Part shown: piece after piece, positions 56,295 through 64,000 of the stretch | How the letters are laid out: every line of letters starts with the position of its first letter | Numbering within the stretch: position 1 is the stretch's first letter | From: a virus | Virus record (IMG/VR): IMGVR_UViG_3300046809_000507 | Coordinates: 4,910-68,909 of that record | Reading direction: 5' to 3' (one strand) | Length of the DNA: 64,000 bases | Translations under genes and position numbers: made by a program | Notes under the pieces: model-generated | The model's database searches: none | Seen by the model: only the letters and a program-made list of their open reading frames with translations | What the model was told of the DNA's origin: nothing

Positions 56295-56758
56295 CCAACC
56301 CCACCATCACCGACCTCCGCCGCGAACTGGAGAAGGCCCGCCTCGCCCTGATCGACACCCAATCCCACCTCGCCTCGCACGCCGAGATGAACGCCGCACT
56401 CCACTGCGCCACGACCGTCATGTACTCCCCGCTCCACGCCAAGGTCACCAACACCATCGCGGGCATCGAGCACGCCCTCGCCCGCACCGACCAGCCCAAC
56501 GCGCCCACCCTCAACAGCGGGAGCAGCGACGGCGTATGGGCCGCGCTCGCCGCCGACCTCGACCGCTGCCACCACGGACGCCACATCGGCGACGACTGCG
56601 GATCCTGCGGCGGCACATCCCGAGGCAACCCGCTCATGATCGTCGGCGACGCCATCGGCTACGACCGCCACGGCCACTACATCGTGCTGCCCGACCGCGA
56701 CCACAAGCACGACCCGGCCGCCTGGCGTACCCGGCCAGAACGCGGCACGCCGTCGTGA
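56291..56758 (+). CDS. Hypothetical protein
   Basis: ATGA overlap; DRC.HGRH.GD.C..C. Confidence 0.62.
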   Translation: MTNPTITDLRRELEKARLALIDTQSHLASHAEMNAALHCATTVMYSPLHAKVTNTIAGIEHALARTDQPNAPTLNSGSSDGVWAALAADLDRCHHGRHIGDDCGSCGGTSRGNPLMIVGDAIGYDRHGHYIVLPDRDHKHDPAAWRTRPERGTPS

Positions 56759-56885
56759 CCCGCGTCGACTGGGGCTGGGTCGCCACCCTCACCCTCATCC
56801 TCTGGCCGCCCGCCTACTGCACCCTCTACGCCATCCGACAGGCCGGACGCGCCCTCACCCGAACCACCCGCAACCGGAGGCAGCC

Positions 56886-57074
56886 GTGACCAGACTCGAA
56901 GCCGCCTACGTCCAAGGCGCGACGCTCATGACCGCGGCCGGGGTCGCCTCCGCCGCCTGCCACCTGTGGCCGGAGACCCTCGTGTTCGCGGGCGTCGCCG
57001 GCTGGCTGGGTGCGGGCGCCCGCCGGGAACGGAAACTCCTGCGGGCGACGCGGGCCGACAGGGGGCGGGCGTGA
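56886..57074 (+). CDS. Small membrane protein
   Basis: Two hydrophobic segments. Confidence 0.5.
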   Translation: MTRLEAAYVQGATLMTAAGVASAACHLWPETLVFAGVAGWLGAGARRERKLLRATRADRGRA

Positions 57075-57445
57075 GCTACCTGACCGACCGGCAGCGGGAG
57101 ATCCTGCTGCTCGCCGCGAACGGCAACAGCAACGCCGACATCGCCCAGTGGGCTGGTACTCGGCGCGACACGATCGCCGAGATCCTCACGGCCGCGTACC
57201 GCCGGCTCGGGGCTGCCGACCGGGCGAATGCCGTCGCGATCGGCATCGCGGTGGGGGAGTTGGGGATCCACGAGATCCAGCTGCCCGAGCTTCAGTGGGT
57301 GGAGCTGGCAGTCGTGGAGCGGCGCCAGGGGCCCGCAGGCGGCCCTCAGAGCGCCCGGGAGGCCGCGGACGGCGCTCGGGACGGCCGGGAGGCTGCGAGG
57401 GCGGCAGGCGGGCGCGTAGCGGCGCGAGGGGAGGCGGCGGCTTGA
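57071..57445 (+). CDS. LuxR-type HTH regulator
   Basis: LTDRQREIL...GNSNADIA...RLGAADRANAV. Confidence 0.85.
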   Translation: MSYLTDRQREILLLAANGNSNADIAQWAGTRRDTIAEILTAAYRRLGAADRANAVAIGIAVGELGIHEIQLPELQWVELAVVERRQGPAGGPQSAREAADGARDGREAARAAGGRVAARGEAAA

Positions 57446-57528
57446 GGACTGACCCGGTCGACAAGCTCGGCTGGTGCTCCCGTATGGGAGATCTCGGATA
57501 GCCGATCGCGGACAGCCAAGCCGTAATG

Positions 57529-57548
57529 CCAAGGTGATATCACCTTGG
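57529..57548. promoter_or_regulatory. Perfect 20-bp palindrome, probable operator
   Basis: CCAAGGTGATATCACCTTGG upstream of a two-gene operon. Confidence 0.65.
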
Positions 57549-57600
57549 GGTAGATATTTCGCTACCCTCAAAACGGCAGCACTTTCAGCAGGAGGCAGCG

Positions 57601-57885
57601 ATGAGCGGCGAGCCGTGGACGATCGAATCGATCCGTGACGCGCTCGGCAATCCTGCTCTTGCCCAGCGGTTTCTTGGCGAGATCAACCGGGCACCTGCGC
57701 ACCAGCTGCTCGCCGTCTTTGCCAAGTGGGAACGCGTAGCGAAGGACACCCTCGCGGCCGTCGAGCGGGGGCGTGAAGTCGCGGCAGCCGAAGCCCGCGG
57801 CGAGGAACCGCCCGGAGAGTGGGTCGACGTCACCGACCGAGTCCTCTCCGAGGCTGCCCGAATCCGTGCACAAGGCGCCGCCTGA
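57601..57885 (+). CDS. DUF6247-like putative antitoxin
   Basis: WTIESIRDAL...VFAKW. Confidence 0.6.
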   Translation: MSGEPWTIESIRDALGNPALAQRFLGEINRAPAHQLLAVFAKWERVAKDTLAAVERGREVAAAEARGEEPPGEWVDVTDRVLSEAARIRAQGAA

Positions 57886-57902
57886 GGTGACAGAGTGGAG
57901 TC

Positions 57903-58145
57903 GTGTACCGGCTCCTCTGTGACGAGACCCTCCTCGCCGTCTGGGACTCCCTCCCCGCCGAGGCCAGCAGTCAGCTCACCCTCGCCTTCGCAGACATCTG
58001 CCATGACCCGGTCACGGCCACCGAACCCTGGGGCTTCGACGACGGCATCCACCGCCAGCTCATCCGGCCCCTCGTCACCGCGCTCATCGCCGTGAATCCG
58101 GAACGACAGACAGTACGGATCTACCAGATCCAACACCGGCAGTAG
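57903..58145 (+). CDS. RelE/ParE-like putative toxin
   Basis: 80 aa; Y.L...W..LP...DP...TVRIYQI topology. Confidence 0.55.
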   Translation: MYRLLCDETLLAVWDSLPAEASSQLTLAFADICHDPVTATEPWGFDDGIHRQLIRPLVTALIAVNPERQTVRIYQIQHRQ

Positions 58146-58198
58146 ACACGACGGCGCCCCCGCAGCGAACCCGGCTGCGGGGGCGCCGTGTCGCGCGG

Positions 58199-58444
58199 CT
58201 ACCGGTACCAGTACTTGACGCCCCGGTGGTGCGAGCACGTCCCCCGGGCGTGGGCGCTGTACGAGTACGTGCCGTCCTTGCACTTCGCCGTCGCCCCACG
58301 CGGATGCGGGCTGTTGGCCTTGCAGACGCCCGTCGTGTGATGCGCACACGAGGCTGCCGCCGCCGGCGTCGCCGCAACCACCGGCACCAGCAACGCCCCC
58401 GCCACAGCGACCGCAGCCAGACCAACCCTCAGCTTGGTGAGCAT
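58199..58444 (-). CDS. Secreted DUF3761-like small protein
   Basis: Signal peptide; ATAKCKDGTYSYS...GTCSHHRGV. Confidence 0.82.
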   Translation of the reverse strand: MLTKLRVGLAAVAVAGALLVPVVAATPAAAASCAHHTTGVCKANSPHPRGATAKCKDGTYSYSAHARGTCSHHRGVKYWYR

Positions 58445-58619
58445 GAAGTCCCCCTCCTGTTGAACGTTGATCATCACAGGCGGGGGAGGCGGTCGGGCCG
58501 GGGGCAGGGCGCCGTCCCCCGAAAGGGGGAACGGGGCGCGGGCCGGACCGAATTGGCGGGCCAGTGCGGTAAGCCAGACGCGGCCGAACGGAATGACGTT
58601 CCGCCCGGCCGCTCGTTCA

Positions 58620-59450
58620 TCAGCCTGCGATAGCCAGCGCTCCGTCACCGCCGAGCCGCTTGTGGAGCTCATGCAGCCCCTTCACGGTGATCCGAACCTG
58701 CGGCGAGTCGAGAACCAGATCACCCGTCTCCGGATGGTTGTGCGACTGCGGCAGCTCCGACAACCAGCCCCGGGTCACCGCCGTCTGCATCGCCCGCGGC
58801 CGACCGTCCGCCTGCTGCCGGTATGTCCAGCGCATCTCCAGCAGCGCCGCGAACAGCCGGTTGCGGCCCACGTTGATCCCGCCGTCACGCGACAGGATCT
58901 TCGCCGCATCCGCCACCGCGAAGTCACCCTCCGCCGCAGCCAGCGTCTGCCACGACTGCGCCGCCGGCTCCAACTCCTTCACCTTCGCCTCGGCCACGTC
59001 GGCGCGATCCGCCTCGGCGATGACCATCAGGGCCAGGTCGCGGTTCGACGGGAGGGCCGGGCGCTGACCGTAGCTGCCGGTCTTGCGGATGGTCGGCAGG
59101 ACTTCGCCGTACACCCAGGACTGGAACCGTTCGACCTTCCCCCGCATCGCCTGATCCTTGACGCGGGCCGCTTGGCGCTGTCCGATGGCCCGGTAGAAAC
59201 CGGACTCGGTCAGCGTCCACACTTGCTGCTCGCCGCCAGGGGTACGGACTACTCCGTACCCCTTCTCGCCGGTGGGGATGCTGCGGACGAGGTCGAGAGC
59301 GTCACGATGGCCGAGCGCCTTGGCGAGACCAGTCGCGAGAACCTTGAAGCTGTGACCGTCCGGAATCATCTCGATGTTGAACTCGTCATTCGCGTACCGC
59401 TCGACGGCCCGGTCGTCGCCGGGATCTTCGGGGGATGCCACGATGGGCAT
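58620..59450 (-). CDS. BRO-N plus KilAC antirepressor
   Basis: TPGGEQ...LTESGFY...EVLPTIRKTGSY...RITVKGL. Confidence 0.92.
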   Translation of the reverse strand: MPIVASPEDPGDDRAVERYANDEFNIEMIPDGHSFKVLATGLAKALGHRDALDLVRSIPTGEKGYGVVRTPGGEQQVWTLTESGFYRAIGQRQAARVKDQAMRGKVERFQSWVYGEVLPTIRKTGSYGQRPALPSNRDLALMVIAEADRADVAEAKVKELEPAAQSWQTLAAAEGDFAVADAAKILSRDGGINVGRNRLFAALLEMRWTYRQQADGRPRAMQTAVTRGWLSELPQSHNHPETGDLVLDSPQVRITVKGLHELHKRLGGDGALAIAG

Positions 59451-59630
59451 AGGTCACTCCTGTGTTGTAGGCACAGCGGATTGATCGACTGGGCCCGTCC
59501 TGGACCGCCAAGAACAGGGCGGGCCCGCCGCGTTTCACGGTAGACCGTTCCGAGGGCATCTCGCTACATCTATGGGTAACTAAGTCCCTTGACGTGGCGC
59601 TAGCTACCTACCACTGGCATACTGGGCGAC

Positions 59631-60053
59631 ATGCCGAGCGCCGACGAACGCGACTACGAGAGGCTGGCGACAATCGCCAGACGCCGCCGAGCCGAGCTCG
59701 GTCTCGCCCTCAACGACACCAACGCCAAAGCCGGCGGCCTCTCCAACCGGACCTGGCAGCGCGTCGAGAAGGGTCTCGAAATCCGCGAGACCAACTATGT
59801 GAAGATCGACAGTCTGCTGAAGTGGGCGCCCGGCAGCTGCATCGCGATCCTTGAGGGCGGAGCCCCGGTCCTAGCCCAGGAAGGCGCGCCCGGCCTTCAA
59901 GTGCCGGCCATTCCGCAGGAGGCCGTCGAAGGCGAGGCCCGCAATGTCGTCCAACTGGCACTCATCGCCACCGCCAAGGGCACGACAGCGGAAGAGATCC
60001 GCGCCATGAGCGAACGCGTAGTCCAAGACCTGCGGGAACGCGGCCTCATCTGA
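59631..60053 (+). CDS. XRE-like HTH regulator
   Basis: RRRRAELGL...TWQRVEKG...L.WAPGS. Confidence 0.75.
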   Translation: MPSADERDYERLATIARRRRAELGLALNDTNAKAGGLSNRTWQRVEKGLEIRETNYVKIDSLLKWAPGSCIAILEGGAPVLAQEGAPGLQVPAIPQEAVEGEARNVVQLALIATAKGTTAEEIRAMSERVVQDLRERGLI

Positions 60054-60062
60054 TCCGTACAA

Positions 60063-60092
60063 AAGCGCCCCGCCCGGGAGGGCGGGGCGCTT
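60063..60092. terminator. Bidirectional terminator hairpin
   Basis: 13-bp perfect stem between convergent genes. Confidence 0.7.
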
Positions 60093-60106
60093 CGCTGTGT
60101 ACGCGG

Positions 60107-60544
60107 CTAGGAAGCGCGCGCCACCCGGGCCATTGCCCGCGCCTGCTCCGCGAACGCCACCAGGCTGTCGGCGAACACGTCCGCCATGTCCGGCGTCATG
60201 TAGGCGTCGTTCGAACCGTCCGTCACGACAACGGCCGCCACCCGCATCCTCGGATCCTCGCTGATCGGGTCCGAGTACAACTGCGAGTAGACCTCGAACA
60301 CCGAGTACGAATCGTCGCCCATCGTCGGCACCTCGACATGGCCGACAGGCCCGCGATGACTGACGTCCTCAACAGCAACGACCCGCTCAGCCACATGGTC
60401 GAGGACACACCAATCCGGGCACGAGACAAAGACCACCTGGACGCGACCCGGCCGGCCGACCGAAGCCGGAACCAGACGGGGGACAGGCGAGACAGGCGCC
60501 GAAGGCGCAACGCAGACGGCCGGCTCGGGGGTTGCTACAGTCAT
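60107..60544 (-). CDS. DUF6907-like protein
   Basis: CPDWCVLDH...H motif. Confidence 0.72.
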   Translation of the reverse strand: MTVATPEPAVCVAPSAPVSPVPRLVPASVGRPGRVQVVFVSCPDWCVLDHVAERVVAVEDVSHRGPVGHVEVPTMGDDSYSVFEVYSQLYSDPISEDPRMRVAAVVVTDGSNDAYMTPDMADVFADSLVAFAEQARAMARVARAS

Positions 60545-60641
60545 GGGCGTAGTCCTTTTCTGGCGAGACGGATTACTGACTGGCGAGTGGCAACTCGCCG
60601 GATGAACTGGCCGGGCGTTGACGCGCCCGGCCGTTCGCGTT

Positions 60642-61151
60642 CTACGGGGTGGATCGCGTGCGAACGAAGTGCCCGAACGCTCGGTACCGGTAGACGTACT
60701 GCTGGCGGATGAGCATCTCGATGGCGTGCGTCGTGGCCCCAACGCCAATTTCGACGGCTGCCGCTAGGTCTCGGGGTGCGGGCAACTTGTGCTTGGCGGG
60801 CCATCTCCCGCTGTCGATCTCCGCTCGAATCAACTCAGCTAGCCGCACCGCCTTTGTGCGACCAGCGTCGGCAAGCGAGGGCCAGTGCATGCCATCGAGG
60901 GAGATGCGGTCGAAGTTCTCCGCGAGGTTGTAGCGGGGGCGCTCTGTTCGGATGGCGAGCGTCTCGGCCGCCGCCGCTTCGGCGCTGCCGGGGAACCATT
61001 CGACCGTGAATGAGGCTGCTTCTTTCGCCCACCGGCTTTGAGCGTGAGCCGTCTTGCGGTCCTTCAGATGGCTCGTGATGCCGATGTATAGCGGGCGATC
61101 CTCGGGGTCCAGGTAGCGGTACAGCGCGGTGTGCCTGGGGGGTGCGCTCAC
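60642..61151 (-). CDS. GIY-YIG nuclease fused to a GntR-type winged helix
   Basis: ALYRY...LYIGIT...R..H...E..AI..E.P.YN, then LIRAEIDSGRWP...G.FV. Confidence 0.82.
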   Translation of the reverse strand: MSAPPRHTALYRYLDPEDRPLYIGITSHLKDRKTAHAQSRWAKEAASFTVEWFPGSAEAAAAETLAIRTERPRYNLAENFDRISLDGMHWPSLADAGRTKAVRLAELIRAEIDSGRWPAKHKLPAPRDLAAAVEIGVGATTHAIEMLIRQQYVYRYRAFGHFVRTRSTP

Positions 61152-61187
61152 GGGCGTCCCTTCGCATGCAGGGGTTATCCCTCTACG

Positions 61188-61239
61188 CTTCTCCGTAGAG
61201 CGGTGCTTCTCTTGGAGTCTGCCCGCTTCTCCGTAGAAG
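61188..61239. promoter_or_regulatory. Two Kor-type operators (CTTCTCCGTAGA)
   Basis: Copies at 61188 and 61226, between the divergent genes. Confidence 0.7.
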
Positions 61240-61316
61240 TACAAGCGTTTCGCAGAGTTCGCATTCGGTCGGAGGTCGCGACTAGCATCTCTGGAGAAGC
61301 CGATCAAGGAGGTGCT

Positions 61317-62066
61317 TTGCCTAGCAAGCCGCAGCGCGAGCCGCGCCGCTACCAAGAAATCGCGGACGAGTTGCGCGCGAAGATCGACAGTGGCGAGCTG
61401 CCGCCAGGCGCCACCGTCCCCGGCGAGAACACGCTCATGAAGACGCATGACGTGGCCCGATCCACCGCGCGCCAAGCCATCGATGTGCTCCGCGCCGAGG
61501 GGCTCATCGAGAGCCGCCAGGGTGTCGGAATCACAGTTCGCGAATTCCGCCCGATCAGACGGCCGGCCGTCCAGCGCCTCTCTGCTGAGGTCTGGCACGC
61601 CGGGCGGTCCATCTGGGATGTAGACCTGGAGGACCGCCCTCGTCGTGTAGAGGTGGACGTCGAAGAGGTCGACGCGCCCGAGCATGTCGCCCGCCTCCTC
61701 GGCGTTGACGAGCGGATGTGCCGTCGAAGTCGCCGCTTCTATGTCGACGGCAAGCTGGTTCAGACGGCTGTCTCCCACCTGCCGATGTCGCTGGCGCAGG
61801 GCACGCGCATCATGGAGCCAGACACCGGCCCTGGGGGTATGTACGCCCGCCTGGAAGAGGTCGGCCACAAGCCGGCGCGCTTCAAGGAAGAGGTGCGCAG
61901 CAGGATGCCCACTCCGCAGGAGGCGGCCGACCTTCAGTTGGGTCCAGGGACCCCGGTGTTCCAGATCATGCGCATTGCGGCGGACGAGGATGACCGAGTC
62001 GTAGAGGTCAACGAGATGATCCTTGACGGCTCCAACTACATCCTGGAGTACGTCTTCTCCTCCTGA
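61317..62066 (+). CDS. KorSA/TraR-like GntR repressor with UTRA domain
   Basis: RBS aaggagg; RYQEIADELR...DTGPGGMYARLEEVG...R.P..QE...L. Confidence 0.88.
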   Translation: MPSKPQREPRRYQEIADELRAKIDSGELPPGATVPGENTLMKTHDVARSTARQAIDVLRAEGLIESRQGVGITVREFRPIRRPAVQRLSAEVWHAGRSIWDVDLEDRPRRVEVDVEEVDAPEHVARLLGVDERMCRRSRRFYVDGKLVQTAVSHLPMSLAQGTRIMEPDTGPGGMYARLEEVGHKPARFKEEVRSRMPTPQEAADLQLGPGTPVFQIMRIAADEDDRVVEVNEMILDGSNYILEYVFSS

Positions 62067-62081
62067 TTTCAGCCAGCTTCC

Positions 62082-62113
62082 GAAGCCCCCAGCCCTTCCA
62101 GGCTGGGGGCTTC
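62082..62113 (+). terminator. Terminator after the GntR gene
   Basis: GAAGCCCCCAGCC...GGCTGGGGGCTTC. Confidence 0.7.
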
Positions 62114-62160
62114 TTCGTACCTGGCTGGTTCCGCGAAACGTGCTCATAGGGAGAGCTTGT

Positions 62161-62214
62161 CTTCTACGGAGAAGTGGGCTTACATGGTGTCAGCGGGATG
62201 GTTCTCCGAAGAAG
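62161..62214. promoter_or_regulatory. Two further Kor-type operators upstream of the putative transfer operon
   Basis: CTTCTACGGAGAAG at 62161 (exact reverse complement of the 61226 copy); GTTCTCCGAAGAAG at 62201. Confidence 0.7.
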
Positions 62215-62253
62215 CCATTCCGGGACAACCTACCCATGCCTGGAGGAGATTCC

Positions 62254-62499
62254 GTGTGCCACGAAGTGCCCGCCGTCGAGGACGCACCCGCTGAGCCCAT
62301 GTTGCGGGCCAAGCAGGTAGCGGAGCGGCTGGACGTCCACGTCTCGACCGTGTACCGCCTCGCGGACTCTGGTGCGCTTCGGGCCCACCGGATCGGCGAA
62401 GGCCGACTCCGCAAGCGAGGTCTCCGCATCCCCGCCTCGGCTGTCGCCGCGTACCTCAACGACTCGCTGATCTCTCAGCCCACCTCGGAGGTGGCGTGA
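62254..62499 (+). CDS. Xis-like HTH protein
   Basis: KQVAERLDVHVSTVYRL..SG.L.A.RIG. Confidence 0.8.
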   Translation: MCHEVPAVEDAPAEPMLRAKQVAERLDVHVSTVYRLADSGALRAHRIGEGRLRKRGLRIPASAVAAYLNDSLISQPTSEVA

Positions 62500-62801
62500 C
62501 CATGAGCACCGCAACCCCGACCCAGCCGCTCACCCCCGCCGTGGTGCGTGCCGTCGCCGTGTACGAGACGGCCGCAGTCCACGCCGCCGAGCTGGCAGCG
62601 AAGGCCATGATGGGCGGCGACCTGCCCGCCCTCGACGTCCGCTCGTGGGAGTTCGCCGAGGAGCTGAAGGCCGGCTCCCTCGCCACCCTCGCCGCCGCCG
62701 GAATGCTCCACCTGGTCGAGGCCGACCACGAGAAGACGAAGGACCCGCTCCCGACGAGGCCGCGCGGCCCGCACCCGCAGCGTGTGACGGCGGGCGTCTG
62801 A
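62496..62801 (+). CDS. Hypothetical protein
   Basis: Overlap-coupled. Confidence 0.6.
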   Translation: MTMSTATPTQPLTPAVVRAVAVYETAAVHAAELAAKAMMGGDLPALDVRSWEFAEELKAGSLATLAAAGMLHLVEADHEKTKDPLPTRPRGPHPQRVTAGV

Positions 62802-62962
62802 TGGCCGAGATCCTCGCCTCCACTCAGGCCGGGCACCCCCGCGGCTCCTGGCCGGCGGAGGAGCAGGCGCAGACGTTCCGTAACCAGGGCATCCCGGTGA
62901 CCGTGGTCATGGACCCGGCCAGCGACAGCTTCCTCGTCGTGAAGACGGGCGAGGCGTCGTGA
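62801..62962 (+). CDS. Small hypothetical protein
   Basis: TGATG coupling. Confidence 0.55.
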   Translation: MAEILASTQAGHPRGSWPAEEQAQTFRNQGIPVTVVMDPASDSFLVVKTGEAS

Positions 62963-63124
62963 CCGCCGCCGAGCGTGAGGCGATGCTCCGGAAGCTCGCC
63001 GAGGTCAACAAGCGCAGCGAGACCAGGCCGCGCTAACCCCCTGATCGCCGCGGGTGGCGGTCGACGACCATCCCCCCGTCCCGCTGCTCGCGGCTCCCAA
63101 TCCAACCCCTTGAGGAGGTTCGTC

Positions 63125-63778
63125 GTGTCTTCATCCGTCCAGTCCGTCGCCGCATGGCACCACGAAGTCGACATCAACGGCGAGCCGTACCCCACCCGTA
63201 ACAGCGCCCCGAACCACGAGAGCACCAGCAGCGCGTACATCGGCGACCTCACCGACGAGCAGAGCACCCAGATGCGCGCCGTCCACGAGGCCGCACACGC
63301 CGTTGCCGCGCTCGCCGCATCAGGGCACGTCCATCACGCGAAGCTCGTCCCCGCCGCCCAGATGAGGGCGATGCCCGACGGCGGCGTCGGCGTTGAGAGC
63401 GGCGACGTCTTCGCCTGCAACCTCATCGAAGGCCGCGACGTCGCCCGATTCCTCGGTGCCGGAGAACGAGCCGAAGATCGATGGCTCCGCGAAGTCGGCC
63501 TCTGGACCCCCAGCCGGGCCGTCGGAGTCGAGATGGGCGCCTGTAGCGACAGGCGTTCCTTCCTCGGCCTCAACCCCCGCTTCGGGTTCGGAATCGACGA
63601 CCACGACTACCGCGTCGTCCACGACCTCGCCGACCAGTTCATCGGCCGGCACTGGACAGCGATCAACGCCGTCGCAGACGTCCTGGCAACCCAGCTGCAC
63701 CTGACGGGCCGCGAGATCGCGGAACTGGCCCAGATACCCAACGGCACCCACATCTGCATCAGCGCAACCGCCGACTAG
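63125..63778 (+). CDS. HEXXH zinc-metallopeptidase-like protein (M41/M50-like)
   Basis: AVHEAAHAV; AG..AE; I.AVA..L. Confidence 0.75.
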   Translation: MSSSVQSVAAWHHEVDINGEPYPTRNSAPNHESTSSAYIGDLTDEQSTQMRAVHEAAHAVAALAASGHVHHAKLVPAAQMRAMPDGGVGVESGDVFACNLIEGRDVARFLGAGERAEDRWLREVGLWTPSRAVGVEMGACSDRRSFLGLNPRFGFGIDDHDYRVVHDLADQFIGRHWTAINAVADVLATQLHLTGREIAELAQIPNGTHICISATAD

Positions 63779-63828
63779 CCCCGCACCACCCATCCATTCC
63801 GTTGATCCACGTGAAAGAAGGCACCCCC

Positions 63829-64000
63829 ATGTCTCCGTTCGTTTTCGATGCCGACCTTCGTACCGTCTCCGCGACTGTCCGGGAGATCTCCGCCGGTATC
63901 CGCGCCGCCCAGATCGATGACTCGTGGGAGTCGGTGCGTGGTGACGAGGGCGCCGAGCTGCTGCTCCGTGCACTCGCCGCCGACAAGGCCGACGACACCC
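63829..64000 (+). CDS. Hypothetical protein, 3' truncated by the window
   Basis: RBS gaagg; frame open to the window end. Confidence 0.5.
   Translation, partial: MSPFVFDADLRTVSATVREISAGIRAAQIDDSWESVRGDEGAELLLRALAADKADDT

Larger units (their letters stand above)
1..64000. mobile_element. Temperate actinobacterial (Streptomyces-type) siphovirus genome, near complete, with an embedded AICE-like conjugation module
   Basis: Complete head, tail, lysis, integration, immunity and replication gene order; no host housekeeping genes seen; conjugation-type genes at both ends. Confidence 0.93.

Noticed and set aside
60642-62147. 501-aa minus-strand ORF
   Set aside because: The N-terminal two-thirds is antisense to the GntR gene; the real gene most likely starts at 61151
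1-64000. Claim of a stable plasmid-prophage lifestyle
   Set aside because: No parA, parB or plasmid Rep gene is visible in the window; only the resolvase and the putative TA pair hint at it

Overview
The window (GC-rich, Streptomyces-like gene content) holds a near-complete temperate siphovirus genome, apparently in excised or circular form, because the attP-like region beside the integrase looks intact. Gene order: late/packaging genes (HNH, probable cos region, terS, terL, portal, protease, HK97-type capsid), a methyltransferase-glycosyltransferase pair, head-tail and tail genes (with the G/GT -1 frameshift and a 1562-aa tape measure carrying a transglycosylase domain), lysis genes, an accessory block (Cre-like recombinase with a lox/dif-like site, Ku, small LexA-box genes), integrase, the repressor/Cro switch, and early recombination, replication and methylase genes. 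The two window ends carry what look like the two halves of an actinomycete conjugation module. The right end has a KorSA-like GntR repressor with four operators and a Xis-like gene. The left end has a probable TraB C-terminus followed by a clt-like array of 8-bp repeats at 11-bp period. The best-supported unusual reading is a phage that can integrate, resolve dimers, package into virions and also transfer by TraB conjugation. All calls come from motif recognition and gene context; no searches were run. No tRNA, rRNA or CRISPR array was seen.
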